Source: Thermoplasmatota archaeon
GTDB lineage: Archaea; Thermoplasmatota; Thermoplasmata; UBA10834
Length of the DNA: 64,000 nt
NCBI GenBank assembly: GCA_963818745.1
Contig: CAWFTI010000001.1
Coordinates: 47,345-111,344 of the forward strand
Direction: 5' to 3'
A program made the position numbers and the translations under genes. Position 1 is the first letter of the stretch. Every line of letters begins with the position of its first letter. Under the pieces are notes generated by a model. That model did no database searches and was not told the origin of the DNA. It saw only the letters and a program-made list of their open reading frames with translations. Positions 29,493 through 41,209 of the stretch are shown here, piece by piece.

Positions 29493-30278
29493 CTAGAGCA
29501 GCGCGAGCGCGAGCGCCAGCAGCGTCCCGAGGGATATGGACGCGAAGTTGTTCCCCAGCTTGCCGATCATGCCCTTCCGCTCCAGCGTGGCACCGATGAC
29601 GCTGTCTATCTGGCACCCGAAGAACCCGCAGAGCATCGGCACCAGCAGGGTCATGGGGCCCGCCAGCAGCTCCGAGTCGAACCCCGCGAAGACCACGTAG
29701 GCCATCGCGGAGGTGTACGCCGAGGCGACGAACGCGACGAGCTGGCCCGTGAGGGATATCCCGCCGTCCGTCCCGCGCTTGACCCTCTTGAAGGTCGTGA
29801 TCATGTACACCCTGGGATCCACGATCCCGATCTCGCTCGCGACGGTGTCGGAGGCTGCGACCGCGATCGCGGAGATGAAAAGGAAGCTCGCGATGTCCTT
29901 GGGGAACATGTTGGAGCCGATGGCGCCCTCGTTGGCCAGGACCTCGGACACGAAGCTCGCGAGGGCTATCAGTGTCGGCACGGCCCCGTTCGCGAACACG
30001 TTCCTCCAGGTGCGCTCGCCCTTGTGCCCCTCCTGGAGTCCCTCGGCCTTCTTCCACTCGAACCTGTACTTCGTGGCGCCGAAGCTGGTGACGAGGAAGA
30101 TCAGCAGCAGGAGGAGCCAAAGGACGTTCCCGCACAGCCCGATGACCATTCCGACGACGAATGCGGACAGCGACCCCGAGAGGTCGAATATCCTCCTCTT
30201 GTAGGAGGCCACGGCCATCGCGGTGCAGAACGCAGCGACGCCTAGGAATGTGATCAGGTCTGGGAACGGGAGCTCCAT
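29493..30278 (-). CDS. DUF92 (TMEM19-like) membrane protein
   Basis: RTWRNVFANG, A.SDTVASEIG, GTDGGISLTG, IDSVIGATLE. Confidence 0.92.
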   Translation of the reverse strand: MELPFPDLITFLGVAAFCTAMAVASYKRRIFDLSGSLSAFVVGMVIGLCGNVLWLLLLLIFLVTSFGATKYRFEWKKAEGLQEGHKGERTWRNVFANGAVPTLIALASFVSEVLANEGAIGSNMFPKDIASFLFISAIAVAASDTVASEIGIVDPRVYMITTFKRVKRGTDGGISLTGQLVAFVASAYTSAMAYVVFAGFDSELLAGPMTLLVPMLCGFFGCQIDSVIGATLERKGMIGKLGNNFASISLGTLLALALALL

Positions 30279-30286
30279 CGCACCAC

Positions 30287-33200
30287 CTATCTCCGAAGAC
30301 CTAGAAGACCCTGCGGCAGTGAGGGAGCCTTCGAGTACAGCTTCTTGACCATCTCGTTCACGCCGCGGACCTTGTCGAGGTCCCCGTCCCACTCGATCAG
30401 GTGGTCGCTGAACCTCTCCTCGATCTCGTCCACGACCATCTTCATCCTCGAAGACACCTTCTTGGACGCCTTCCCGTGGAGTATCACGGCCAGGTACACG
30501 TGCGAGCCCTTCTCGACGAGCACGCTCTTCTCGCCGAAGTCCAGCTTCCGGAGCGTGAACGAGGTCTCGTCCTTGAACGAGTCCTTGATGAAGTCCTGGA
30601 TCGCCACGAACATGCCGCTGAGCACCTGGTCGTCCATGCCCGGCTTGAGCCTCCTGGTGGTGTGCGCGAGCATCCGGCCGTCGTGGTATATCACGAAGGT
30701 CTCGTCCACCGATATCTTCCTCTCGCGCATGAAGTACACTCCCGGTGCCGAGGGCCGCCAGGACGGCCCCGGCCAACAGGTAGGGGAGCAGGACGTCCAG
30801 CAGATGCAGCTTGACCGTGAGCGTGTATGGGTGGGTGGTGGCGGAGTTGCCCGCGAGGTCCTCGACGATTATGTAGTACTCGAGCGCGCCCGACCTCATG
30901 GGCACCTCGACGAGGGCGTAGAAATCGCCAGAACCAGAGGAAGTCATGAGGATCGGGGACACGCTATCGTCCCCCGGGTACCTCACATACAGGACCACGC
31001 CGTCGGGGTCGAGGTTCTGCTCGTCCACATGGACGGTGATGTTCACCTTGTCCCCTCCGAACACGGAGGAGCCGGAGTAGGTGACCGTGACCTCCGGCGG
31101 GAGGTCGTCGACCGTTATCGATATCGCCCGCCTGACGGCGATGTTGCCGTCCTTGTCCTCGGCGCGCACCTCGATGGAGTAGGTGCGGTTCTCCCAACCG
31201 TCGGTGCCTATCTCGTACAGGGTCTCGAACTCGAGGAACGCCCCGCCGTCGATCGAGTACACGACCGACACGAGCGGCAGGGAATCGTCGCCGACGATGA
31301 ACCTGACGGGCGTCCCAGACCGTATCACGGAGTTGTTGGCAGGGGTAACGAGCTGGATCGACGGTTCGACCATGCTGAGGCTGCTGCGGAGCACCAGCAC
31401 GTTCCCATCGTCGTCGGTGAGAGTGAGGTTGACCTGGTAGTTTTTCACCGGGTCGTAATCGTGGATCAGAGGCTCCAAAGGCGCGCCTAGGATCAGCTCG
31501 CGGGCGCCGTCCCCGAACTCCCAGAGGGTGTTCGAGATGTCGGGGAAGCTCAACGCGAGCGCCGAGGCGTTGAATGTGATCGCCGAGGTCCGCTCAGGGT
31601 CGTCCCTGGAGACCAGGACATCGTCCTCGAAAGTACCGGAAAGAGGCACATCGACGATCTCGAGATCGAGCTCCTCGATCCGGGACGATCCGTCTGCATC
31701 CGTCACGCGCACCTTGGCGGTGTAGTTTCCGGCCCAGAGGTACGCATAGGTCGTCACGTTCGTGTCCGTGGTCCGGTCCGCTGCGAACTGCGGCCCGAGC
31801 GATATGAAGTCCCACTCGTACGACACGACCTCGTCGTAGCTGGACACCGTGGCCGCGAGGTCCAGCTCCTCGAACTCATGGAACACGGACTGCCCGGAGG
31901 ATCACCGAGAGCACGATCTCCGGAGAGACCTCCAGCACGTCGAACGCCATCGAGAAGGAGTCGCTGTCGCCGTCCGCCTCCGAGACCTCGAGGGACATCC
32001 CGTAGCTGCCGTCGCCGACGACGAACTCGACGGCTGCCATCTCCGACGCGCTGAGGGAGTATTCCTCCGTCGCTCCGCCGGGATATGTGAACGTCCAGTG
32101 CCAGTCGACGATGCCGTCGTATGTGTAAGTCCCGTCCTCGAACTGTGAACGGAAGACCTTCTTCAGGAGATGACGGTGACAACGAGAACCCCGCCGAGGG
32201 GCCGATGTCGAACACCTCGATGTTGAACAGGCTGATGTTCGAGTCGCCGTCGACGTCGGTGACTCTCACGGCGACCGTGTAGACCTCTGATACACCCGAG
32301 GCGCCGAACATGTGAGTGGTGCTGTTCACGGTGCCGGTGCTGTCATCCGCCACGAACGGCTCGCCGGAGTACGAGAAGTTCCATTCGACGGAGGATATCG
32401 CGTCCACAGGCCCGTCGTGCCACGCGTCCACCACGACCGATATCGACACCGTCTCCCCCTCGTCCACGGAATCATCGGCGACGATCGAGAGCTCGGGGTC
32501 GAGCGCGAGCACGGCGAAAGTCTTGGACTCGGCCGCGACGGAGCCGTCCGAGTCGGTGGCGGTGAGCACGACCGTGTGCAGCCCGTCGTCGAACTCGTCA
32601 ACGGTTATCGTGCTCTCGAGCCCGGTCGACACGACGATCCCGTCGACCGTCCATGTGAGGTCCACCACGGGGTCGTAGGAGTAAGTGGAGTTAACGAAAG
32701 TGACTGGTTCTCCCTCGTGCGGGTTGAGGGGAGACCACGAGAAATCCGGATGAGGATAGCTGTCGATGACCTCGACGGTGGTGGTGTCCGATGAGTTGAG
32801 GCCGGCAGGGTCCCTGACCTCCATCGTCACGCCGAACGTGTCTATCTCCATGTAGGTGTGCGTCGGGCTCGGCTCCCTGGCCCAATCCGTCACGGGCGTC
32901 CCGTCGCCGAAGTCCCACCTGTACTCCATGTACGGTATCTCTGAGTATCCGGTGATGGAGGAACCGTCGAACACGAGCGGGTCGCCCTGGTGCGCCTGAT
33001 AAGGTCCGCCCGCATCCGCGACCGGCGGGAAGTTGTACTGTTCCCAGATGGAGACCGAGTGCGAGCCCGAGTCGCAGATCAATAGGTCGCCTCTGTGGTC
33101 CTGTGTGCCGTCGCCGATGACCGCACAGGTCGGATACGCCCCGGACACGAAGGTCATCGAGGGGACATCCGGGATCACGCCCATGGTCTGCTTGTAGAGG

Positions 33201-35392
33201 AAAGTGAGGTCTGCCGATGAGAACATCGCCACTACGTCCGCCCTGCCGTCGTCCGTGGCGTCCATGACGGACACGAAGGAGGGCTGCTCGGGGAGGATCA
33301 GGCCATCGTACGAACCGACGGCAGATGTGAAATCCTCCTGCCTGAAGAACCTCAGCTCCGAACCACCGTACGCGCGCGCGGCTATGTCCGCGAGCCCGTC
33401 TCCCGTGAGGTCACCGCTCCAGAGCTCCGCGAAGTCCTCCGACCAGGTGTGGAAGAGTATCATGTCGGGTGAGTAGGGGAACGGGTATCCGTATTCCGTC
33501 TCCTGCTGAAGAAGGATCCCGATCTTGCAGTCAGGCATCGGGTATGCGATGTCCTGCAGACCGTCCGAATCGAAATCGCCGAGGGCGATGGTGAGGCCCG
33601 GAATCGACGAGAAACCGACCATGAAGTCGGGCGTCGAGTTGAAGGGGGTCTCCCCGCCTGTGTTGAAGAATATCTCGATATGGTTCTCGTCGGCTGCAAC
33701 CGCGATGTCCGGGAGAGAATCGTTGTTGAGGTCCCCGACGTCGAGGTCGTCCAGTGTCCCGTTGAGAATCAGCTCGATGGATTCGAACGTGCCAGGGTCG
33801 TCGGCGTTCCAGGAGCTGACGCTCACCTTCTGTCCTCCGAGGGCCGCGGTGACGACTTCATCGGTGCCGTCACCATCAACGTCGGTCACCGACGAGTTCC
33901 GTCGGCTGGTATCCAGGGTTCCAACTCTGCGTGGTCCCCGAGAAGCTCAGGAGGTAGCCGAACGATGAAACGGAAGGGTATAGCAGGACGAGATCTTCGT
34001 TGTCGTCGCCGTCGATGTCGCCCGCGTCGATCTTCGTAGCCTGCCAGTACGCGTTGGTCCATGCGGTCGCATTGCCGTTCGAGAACCCAGCATCCGAACC
34101 CGAATACACGGCAAGGCTCGACCCGGACCAATCCTCCCGCGCAGAGGCGACAACCAGATCTGCGAGAGCGTCCGCGTCAATATGCCCAATCAGCGCGTTC
34201 AATGGATTGGACCCTGTAGGGAACGTGAAATCTGGCTCGATGGCCACGGCCTTCGATTGGCGGCGAGCTGCATGAATCCCGATGCGATACTTGGCCGCTG
34301 CGAGAGAGGAAGACGAGGTCGTCAGCTCCGTCGTCGTTCAGATCACCGGCGGAAACGGTGCTGAAGTCGAGGCTGAGTGTGCGGTTTTCGCAGTTCGCTC
34401 GACGGGAGGCCCGATCGATTGGAAGAAGAACCGCACCGCAGACGGAGAGGTCGTGAGAACCGCCAGATCAGCAAGGGCGTCGGTGTTCAGATTGGCAGCG
34501 ACAACGCTGACCGGATTGCCCGAACACCGAGAGGGTCTTCTCGTCCGCCGAGACCCGCTACCTGGGTTCTGGAGGAAGAGGTACAGGTTGTTGTCGTACT
34601 GGTTGGCGAGAACAATATCCATGAGCGCGTCATCGTTGAAATCTCCCGAAACGATGGCGTTGCTCCCCTTCCCCCGTCTACCATCACTGCGTCTGAGGAA
34701 GTCTGGACCTTCAAGTATCCAGTAGCGAACCGTTCTCAGTCATCGGAGTCTCGACCGGTGCACGCGAAGACTAGGTCTGGATGAGCATCTCCGGCGAAGT
34801 CCCCTACGACGAAATCGACGGGGTTGTTGATACAGACTCCGTGGGAAGTTCTTAGCATACGATGTGTTCGAGACGAATTCAATAATTTCTAGGTACTCGG
34901 TGTCCATCGCACCATTCCTTTCCTCCAGCACAACGATACTCAGGTTCTCATCGAGGTACCTATCGATTACACGCGAGAGCAATTGGATTCCTGTCCAGAC
35001 GATATGTTGTATGATGGATAGCTCGCGAAGGTGCCGTCCGGCAGACCGTAGAACAGAGAGATGTATTTCGAGTCCTGGCCCGACACGCCGACGACGAGAT
35101 CGTCGATGCCGTCCCTGTTGATGTCGGCCAGGATTGCGTCCGTCGAGCCGCCTGGCAACATCAAGGCCCTCGAGATCAGCGGGTACTCGGTCACGTTCAC
35201 CGAAGTATCGAACGGATCAGGGAATGCGACCGCCTCGACGGAGGGTGCCTCGTGGGCGGCCTCGGGCAGCCCGGGCGCGTCTGCGGCAGGGGAAACGCCT
35301 CGAGCGCCTCCGATGGGCAACAGCAGGGACGCAATCGTCAGGACTACGACTATCGTCGCCAGTGTACGACGCAAGTGGTACCCATCCCGCAT
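30287..35392 (-). CDS. very large (~1700 aa) surface protein: signal peptide, FG-GAP repeats, PKD/Ig domains, TM, cytoplasmic longin-like domain (many frameshifts)
   Basis: ADINRDGIDDLVVG, GDLNNDSLPDIAV, GDFDSDGLQDIA, GDLTGDGLADIA; PKD YRWDFGDG..PTHTY; TM LLPYLLAGAVLAALGT; tail VDETFVIYHDGRML..DDQVLSGMFVAIQDFIKDSF. Pieced from at least 7 ORFs. Confidence 0.8.
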
Positions 35393-35500
35393 GAGTGACA
35401 GAGGCTTTGCTTCGATAAGATGCTTTCGGGAAAATGCACCGCCAGACCCCCATTCGTCCTGTCCAAGTGTTAAATAGAGCGCGGAGCTTAACACGACCTG

Positions 35501-36698
35501 ATGAGCGCATCCCTCAGGATTGGCAGGATCTTCGGGATCCCCATATTCATACACATCACGTTCCTCGTCATACTGCCCCTGTTCGTCTGGGTGTTCTCCG
35601 AGGGCACTGGAAGCATGCTCGGCGTCACCATGGGCTTCGGGGACCTCGATGTCTCTCCGACGGTCAGGTACGTGTTCGGGGCGACGGCCGCCACCCTCTT
35701 CTTCGCGACGATACTCACGCACGAGCTCGCGCACTCGTACCTGGCGATGAAGTACGGCGTGCGGATCAGGAGCATCACGCTCATGCTGTTCGGCGGTGTC
35801 GCGTCGATGGAGGAGATGCCGAAGGCCCCCGGCCAGGAGCTCAAGATGGCCTTCGCGGGCCCACTCTCGAGCCTCGCCATAGGCGCGGGATCCTACGCCG
35901 TGATGCTCGTGCTCGACGCATCCGGCTCCGCGACGATCGTACAGGGGCTCGCGATACTGTTCGGCCTCATCGCACTCTACAACGTCCTTCTCGCAGGGTT
36001 CAACCTCATCCCCGCCTTCCCGATGGACGGCGGAAGGGTCCTCAGGTCGTACCTCGCATCGAGGATGTCGCACCTGGAAGCCACGCGCAAGGCCGCGAAG
36101 GTGGGCAGGTACATGGCCATAGGCATGGGCTTCTTCGGGCTAATCGTCCTGTGCAACATCTGGTTCATACTGATAGCGTTCTTCGTCTACATCGGCGCGA
36201 CTGAGGAGGAGCAGGCGACGGTGATATCCGACAGCCTCGAGGGACTGAAGGTCGGGCAGATAATGACCGGTCCCGTGCAGGTCGTGCACCCGGAGATGTC
36301 CGTGCACCAGCTGCTCGACCTCATGCACTCCACGAGGCACATGGGCTTCCCTGTAGTCATGGGAGGTCTGGTCGGAATCGTGACGATCACGGACACGCGG
36401 AAGGTCCCCAGGGACAGGCTCTATTTCGCCAAGGTCGGGGACATCATGACGAAGACAGGTCGTGACCGTCTCGCCCGATATGAACGCCACGGACGCGTTC
36501 AAGCTAATGAGCGAGAGGAAGATAGGCAGGTTGGCCGTGCTCCAGGACGGAAGACTGGTGGGCATCCTGACCACGAAGGACCTGACGCGCGCGGTCGACC
36601 TGGCCGACGCTCGGATGAGGGGGCAGGGGCCGATGTTCTACCCGCCCCCGCAGGTCCCTCCGCCACCGCCGCCTAGCCCACCAACTGCTTCCTCTTGA
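35501..36698 (+). CDS. site-2 (M50) zinc metalloprotease with CBS pair (frameshift ~36455)
   Basis: HELAH, MAFAGP, FNLIPAFPMDGGR, two CBS domains, Pro-rich tail. Confidence 0.92.
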
Positions 36699-37783
36699 AC
36701 AGCACGAGGCTGATCAGCACGGCGACTACCGCATACCCGAGCATCACTATCGCCGCCGTGGACGGGTCGGGATAGAAGTTGCTGATCGTGAACCCTCCGG
36801 GGAATTCCTGCGTCCAATCTGTCGGGTAGGGGTCCATCAGGATGTATATGAGCGCGCCCGATGCGAATGTGACCGACGCCTCCACCTTCGACCCCGTGAA
36901 CAACGAGATGCCGTCCACGATGGGCAGGATCATGATGAACAGGAAGAACGTCAGGACCGTCGCCCCGGTCGTCCCCTTCAGACAGCGTGCTTATGAGGTA
37001 TGCCACTGCCATCACGGCGAGCAGGTACTCCAGCGCGAAGGCGTACGACAGGATGTAGTCGTCGTCAATGCCCCTGGCGGTGTACGCAGAGAGACCGGCG
37101 AGCACGCCGTAGAACAACGTCATCACGAGTATGCCCGCGGTCATGCTCGCGGCGAACTTGCCGAAGAACAGGACCTCGCGTCTGACCGGGTTGGGGAAGA
37201 TCAGGTACCCGGTCCTGTTCTGGAACTCGCTCACGAGCGCGTCTGCGCCGAAGAACGTGGCGCACACGACGACCAGTATGCCCGCGAAGTTGAGGAACAA
37301 CGTCTCGAAGCTCTCCGCCGCTGTGTACCAATCATAACTGGCGGTCATCACGTGCCCGGTGACGTCCTGCATGAAGAACACAACGTACACGCTCTGCCCT
37401 TCGAACGTGAGCTTGGACACGAACCAGTTGGCGCCGCTCCCGGCGGGGTACTGGTCCCCGTCCATGTATACGACGAGCGTGTCCACGTCGATCTGGCTTC
37501 GGTTTATTATGCCCGCAGCGGTCGGGTTGAACGGTCCACCCGATCCCCCGGGGAATGTCTCCGCCGGCAGCATGTACAAGGCCGCACCAGAGTCGGTGCC
37601 GCTGTAGGGCTGGCCCAGCGCGGGCGGAAGGGCGTACAACAGCCCCAGGACGACCACCGCGATGGCCAGCGATGCGAGCAACCTCTTCGACCTCAGGTAC
37701 TTCAGGAGCTCGTACTTCCAGACAATGGGGATCTGCTTCAGGTCCGAGGGGACGCTGTGGGTCGCTTTGATCTCTTCAGTCAT
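36673..37783 (-). CDS. ABC-2 type transporter permease (frameshift ~36980)
   Basis: DALVSEFQNRTGYLIFPNPVRREVLFFGKF; multiple TMs; directly follows the ATPase gene. Confidence 0.85.
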
Positions 37784-37788
37784 CTGCA

Positions 37789-38715
37789 TCACCTCGACTC
37801 CTTGACAAGGTCCATGTACATCATCTCGAGCGGGATGCCCACGGGGCTGAACCCTGTCACGCGCGCGCCCGCGGACTGTATGGATATGAGCAGCTCGGCC
37901 CTCTCCTCGGGCGAGCCTTCGTAGGTGACGACGAGCGTCCGGCCGTTCACCCGGTCGACGCCCTTCACGCGGGCGAGGGACCGTATCCTGTCGAGCATCG
38001 AGTCCGGGGTGTCGGATGCGGTCATCACCTCGATCTTGTCGATCTTGGTCAGTCCCTTCAGGTTCTCGATGGAATCGTATACCAGGAGCTTCCCGTGGTC
38101 GATCAGCGCGGCCTTGTCGCATGTCTCCTGGACCTCTCCCAGGAGGTGGGAGCTCATGAAGATCGTGTACTTCTGCCTCTTCAGCTCCCGGATGATCTCC
38201 CTGACCTCGACCATGCCTCTGGGGTCGAGGCCGCTCGTGGGCTCGTCGAGTATGAGTATGTCGGGCTCGTGCAGGAGCGCCTGCGCGATCGCCAGCCGCT
38301 GCTTCATGCCCTTCGAGAACTTGCCCACCCTCGTGGTCCTCCACTGGTCGAGCTTGACCTGCTGGAGGACCTCGTTGCTCCTCTTGACGATGTCCGAGTG
38401 CGACATTCCCCGGACGCTGCCGATGTATGCGAGCGTCTCGTTCGGGGTCAGGTAGGGATAGAACTCGGGCGTCTCGACCACCGCGCCCACGTGGCTCAGG
38501 GCCGTCTTCGGGTGCTCGATCACGTTCACCCCGTTCAGCATGGCCTTGCCGCTAGTGGCGGAGATCAGGTTCGTGAGTATCTTGATCGTCGTGGTCTTGC
38601 CCGCGCCGTTCGGTCCGAGGAAGCCCACGGTCGTGCTCTTCGGGACGGTCAGGTCGAGCTTGTCAACCGCCTTGATGGGCCCGAAGTCCTTGGTGAGGTG
38701 CTGTAGCTCTATCAT
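37789..38715 (-). CDS. ABC transporter ATP-binding protein
   Basis: GPNGAGKTT, FSKGMKQR, ILDEPTSGLDP, SSH. Confidence 0.95.
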   Translation of the reverse strand: MIELQHLTKDFGPIKAVDKLDLTVPKSTTVGFLGPNGAGKTTTIKILTNLISATSGKAMLNGVNVIEHPKTALSHVGAVVETPEFYPYLTPNETLAYIGSVRGMSHSDIVKRSNEVLQQVKLDQWRTTRVGKFSKGMKQRLAIAQALLHEPDILILDEPTSGLDPRGMVEVREIIRELKRQKYTIFMSSHLLGEVQETCDKAALIDHGKLLVYDSIENLKGLTKIDKIEVMTASDTPDSMLDRIRSLARVKGVDRVNGRTLVVTYEGSPEERAELLISIQSAGARVTGFSPVGIPLEMMYMDLVKESR

Positions 38716-38807
38716 GGTATCTACCTCTGTATATGTGCGGGCGAGGGATTCGCCCTGCGGTACTTAAGCGGAACCGCGGAATCCCTGAAGTACTTGCGCC
38801 CGAAAAA

Positions 38808-39074
38808 TCATTTCCCCAAAGCAATGAATAGGTCCTTCGCGAGCCCCTCGGCCCGCTCCTTCGAACCGACCGGGTGCATGAGGAGCCTGCCCCGGGGGTA
38901 GAGCGTGATCTCGACGTCCTTTCTGACGACCAGGAGCACACCCGCGTTGGATACGATCTCGTACCCCTTGGTCCTCAGCACACGCTCGCACTCGTCCAGG
39001 TCGAGCGAGACCCTTCCCTTGGGCACGGCCTCGTACGCGTCGAACTTGCAGGGCTTGACCGCGAGGAACTCCAG
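38808..39074 (-). CDS. small hypothetical protein (start uncertain)
   Basis: Open frame LEFLAVKPCKFDAYEAVPK...EITLYPRGRLL; tightly coupled to the upstream gene. Confidence 0.6.
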   Translation of the reverse strand: MEFLAVKPCKFDAYEAVPKGRVSLDLDECERVLRTKGYEIVSNAGVLLVVRKDVEITLYPRGRLLMHPVGSKERAEGLAKDLFIALGK

Positions 39075-39078
39075 CCCC

Positions 39079-39621
39079 TCACCTCTTGCCGACTATCCTG
39101 TCGAGCAGTTCGTCGACCTGCGCCTTGAGGCTCGCGACGGTAGTCTCGTTGGTCACGACGTAATCCGCGAGCGCGATCGCGTTCCCCAGACCCCACTCGA
39201 GCTCTCTCTTGTCCCTCTGCTCGAAGTCGGCGAGGGTGGCTGGGGAGTCCGGCCTCGACCTCGCCTTGAGGCGCTCGAACCTCACCTTGGGGGAGGCGTG
39301 TATCGCGACGATCCTCAGGTCCTCCCCGAAGGCGTGCTTGAAGACCTTGATCTCGTCCGGGCCGCGCGTGCCGTCGATGGCCACGAGGTCACCGCCAACG
39401 AACGGTATGGTCCTCTTCGCCCAGATGTCCATGCCGAACCGCTTCCGCTCGTCGTTGGCCAGCCCGCCCAGGTTGGAGTCCGACTGGTCGAGCCCGAACT
39501 CCTTGGCCTTCTCGCGCACGATGTCACCCATGCGGACGATCTTGGCGCCTCTGGCCACGCAGCACTTGAGGAACTCCTCTTTCCCGGAACCCGGCATCCC
39601 GGTCGTCACTAGTATCTTCAA
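39079..39621 (-). CDS. archaeal dephospho-CoA kinase-like P-loop protein (UPF0200)
   Basis: TGMPGSGK, MGDIVRE, IDGTR..DE, RFERL..R.R.D, RDKRELEWG. Confidence 0.85.
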   Translation of the reverse strand: MKILVTTGMPGSGKEEFLKCCVARGAKIVRMGDIVREKAKEFGLDQSDSNLGGLANDERKRFGMDIWAKRTIPFVGGDLVAIDGTRGPDEIKVFKHAFGEDLRIVAIHASPKVRFERLKARSRPDSPATLADFEQRDKRELEWGLGNAIALADYVVTNETTVASLKAQVDELLDRIVGKR

Positions 39622-39675
39622 CTCTCACACCGACACTATGATGGGTGCCGCCGAGAAAAAACCTTCGATGGATGG

Positions 39676-40854
39676 TCACCAGTCGGTCCTGAGCCCCCGG
39701 CCGAGGGCGGATTCGACGCATGGACCGAGGGAACCGAGGTCGAACGTGGCCTTCGCCCAGTACCTTGGGCAGAGGCCGAGCCCGAGGCACACCTCGTTCA
39801 TGCGCCTGTCGGATATCGCGCTCCCCCAGGCGGAACCGAGGAGGTCCTTCGACGCGGGCGCGACCTCCTTCGGAGACGCGAGCAGGCCTTCGAAACCCTC
39901 CCGTGGTCCGCTCGACATCAGCGAGCACGGCTCGACGCCCGCACGGGCGCACTTCGTCATGAGCTGGGTCGCCTCCCTCGCGGAGAGGCCCAGCGAATGT
40001 GCCTTCTCGAGCGCGACGATGTCGTAGTGCAGGTACCCGGGCTCCTTCGACGCGAGCGCCATCACCTTCGGGTCCTCTTCGACCTTGACGAAGGACCTGC
40101 ACGGGTACGGGCACCCGAAGCACGCGACATCACGGTGCACTAGCGACCTGAAATCCTCCCGGGCGGCGGCCTTGGAGAACGACGCCAGCCCCTCGCCCCT
40201 GCCCAGCCTGGAGATGTGCTCGTCCCGCAGGCTCGCGCACGAGTCGAAATGAACGTCAGCATCGGACACCTCGAACTCCCCCATGCCCCTGAAGGCCACG
40301 GCGACGAGGTTCTTCCTGCCGAACTCTGCCCCGAGCCCGGCCTTGTCCTCGCCGCCCCAGTAGTTCGTCACGAACTGGGCGATCGGGCTCCGCGCGTCCC
40401 CCCAAGGCCCGACCGAGAGCACCTGTATCTTCCTGTCCCCCTGCTGGTCCCTGACCTTGTCCGTCCTGCCCCACGAGTCCATGCCCTTCAGGGCGGGGGC
40501 CGGGACGAACTCGATAATGCCGTCCCTTATCCAAACGTATCCGGGCTCGGGCGCGGCGCCCTTGATGACGATGAAATCGAAACCTGTCAGCTTGAGCTCC
40601 ACGCCCGCGTGCCCGAGCAGGGGCGCGCGCCCGTTCGGTCCCCAGACGACGCCCGCGCACGCCGCGGGCACGAGGCTGCCTGTGAGGATGCCCGTACCCA
40701 GGACGAGCGAATCCGAACCGTGTTCGGACGCGAGCCGCTCGGCGACCTCCAGGGACGACTGCCTACCAAGGAGAAGCCCTTCCTCAAGCTCCTGCTCGGA
40801 GACCTCGCCCGACGAGAGGTCGATCACGCCCGCCCTGCCGTTCGCGAGGAACAT
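39676..40854 (-). CDS. aldehyde:ferredoxin oxidoreductase-like protein, compact (392 aa)
   Basis: IDLSSG, LVLGTGILTG, ELKLTGFDFIVIKG.A.EP.Y, GLGAEFGRKNL.AV, CFGCPYPC, C-terminal LGLC. Confidence 0.8.
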   Translation of the reverse strand: MFLANGRAGVIDLSSGEVSEQELEEGLLLGRQSSLEVAERLASEHGSDSLVLGTGILTGSLVPAACAGVVWGPNGRAPLLGHAGVELKLTGFDFIVIKGAAPEPGYVWIRDGIIEFVPAPALKGMDSWGRTDKVRDQQGDRKIQVLSVGPWGDARSPIAQFVTNYWGGEDKAGLGAEFGRKNLVAVAFRGMGEFEVSDADVHFDSCASLRDEHISRLGRGEGLASFSKAAAREDFRSLVHRDVACFGCPYPCRSFVKVEEDPKVMALASKEPGYLHYDIVALEKAHSLGLSAREATQLMTKCARAGVEPCSLMSSGPREGFEGLLASPKEVAPASKDLLGSAWGSAISDRRMNEVCLGLGLCPRYWAKATFDLGSLGPCVESALGRGLRTDW

Positions 40855-40855
40855 G

Positions 40856-41188
40856 CTAGTCCACCGCCTTGATGCACTTCGTGGGGCAGATCCTGACGCA
40901 CTTCGGCTCCCCGCCGCACAGGTCGCACTGCTCCCTCAGAAGTATGGGCTTCGCCCCCGGCCCTCCGGAGCCCGAAGGCTGCTGCCCGGATGTGACGCCC
41001 TCGGGCCTGGCCATGACCATGCCCTCGGAGCGCGTCTTGAGCACGAGCCCGAAGTAGTCCGCCTTGTCCTCGATGTGAAGAATGATGCTCGAGGTCATGG
41101 GCGTGAGCACTGAATCCCTGTTCAAGCTGCACACGGTCTCGCACAGGCCGCACGCGATGCACTTCAGCGGCTCGAAATCCAGCCTCAG
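40856..41188 (-). CDS. 4Fe-4S ferredoxin-like subunit (start uncertain)
   Basis: KCIACGLCETVCS and QCDLCGGEPKCVRICP; directly upstream of the AOR-like gene. Confidence 0.8.
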   Translation of the reverse strand: MRLDFEPLKCIACGLCETVCSLNRDSVLTPMTSSIILHIEDKADYFGLVLKTRSEGMVMARPEGVTSGQQPSGSGGPGAKPILLREQCDLCGGEPKCVRICPTKCIKAVD

Positions 41189-41209
41189 GGTCTCACCCCT
41201 CCGGATCGA

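Noticed and set aside
29493-31886. 797-aa ORF fusing PKD domains to DUF92
   Set aside because: Artefact of the frameshift near 30745; the true tail is ORF 30287..30739, and DUF92 has its own SD (AGGTGG) and ATG at 30278.
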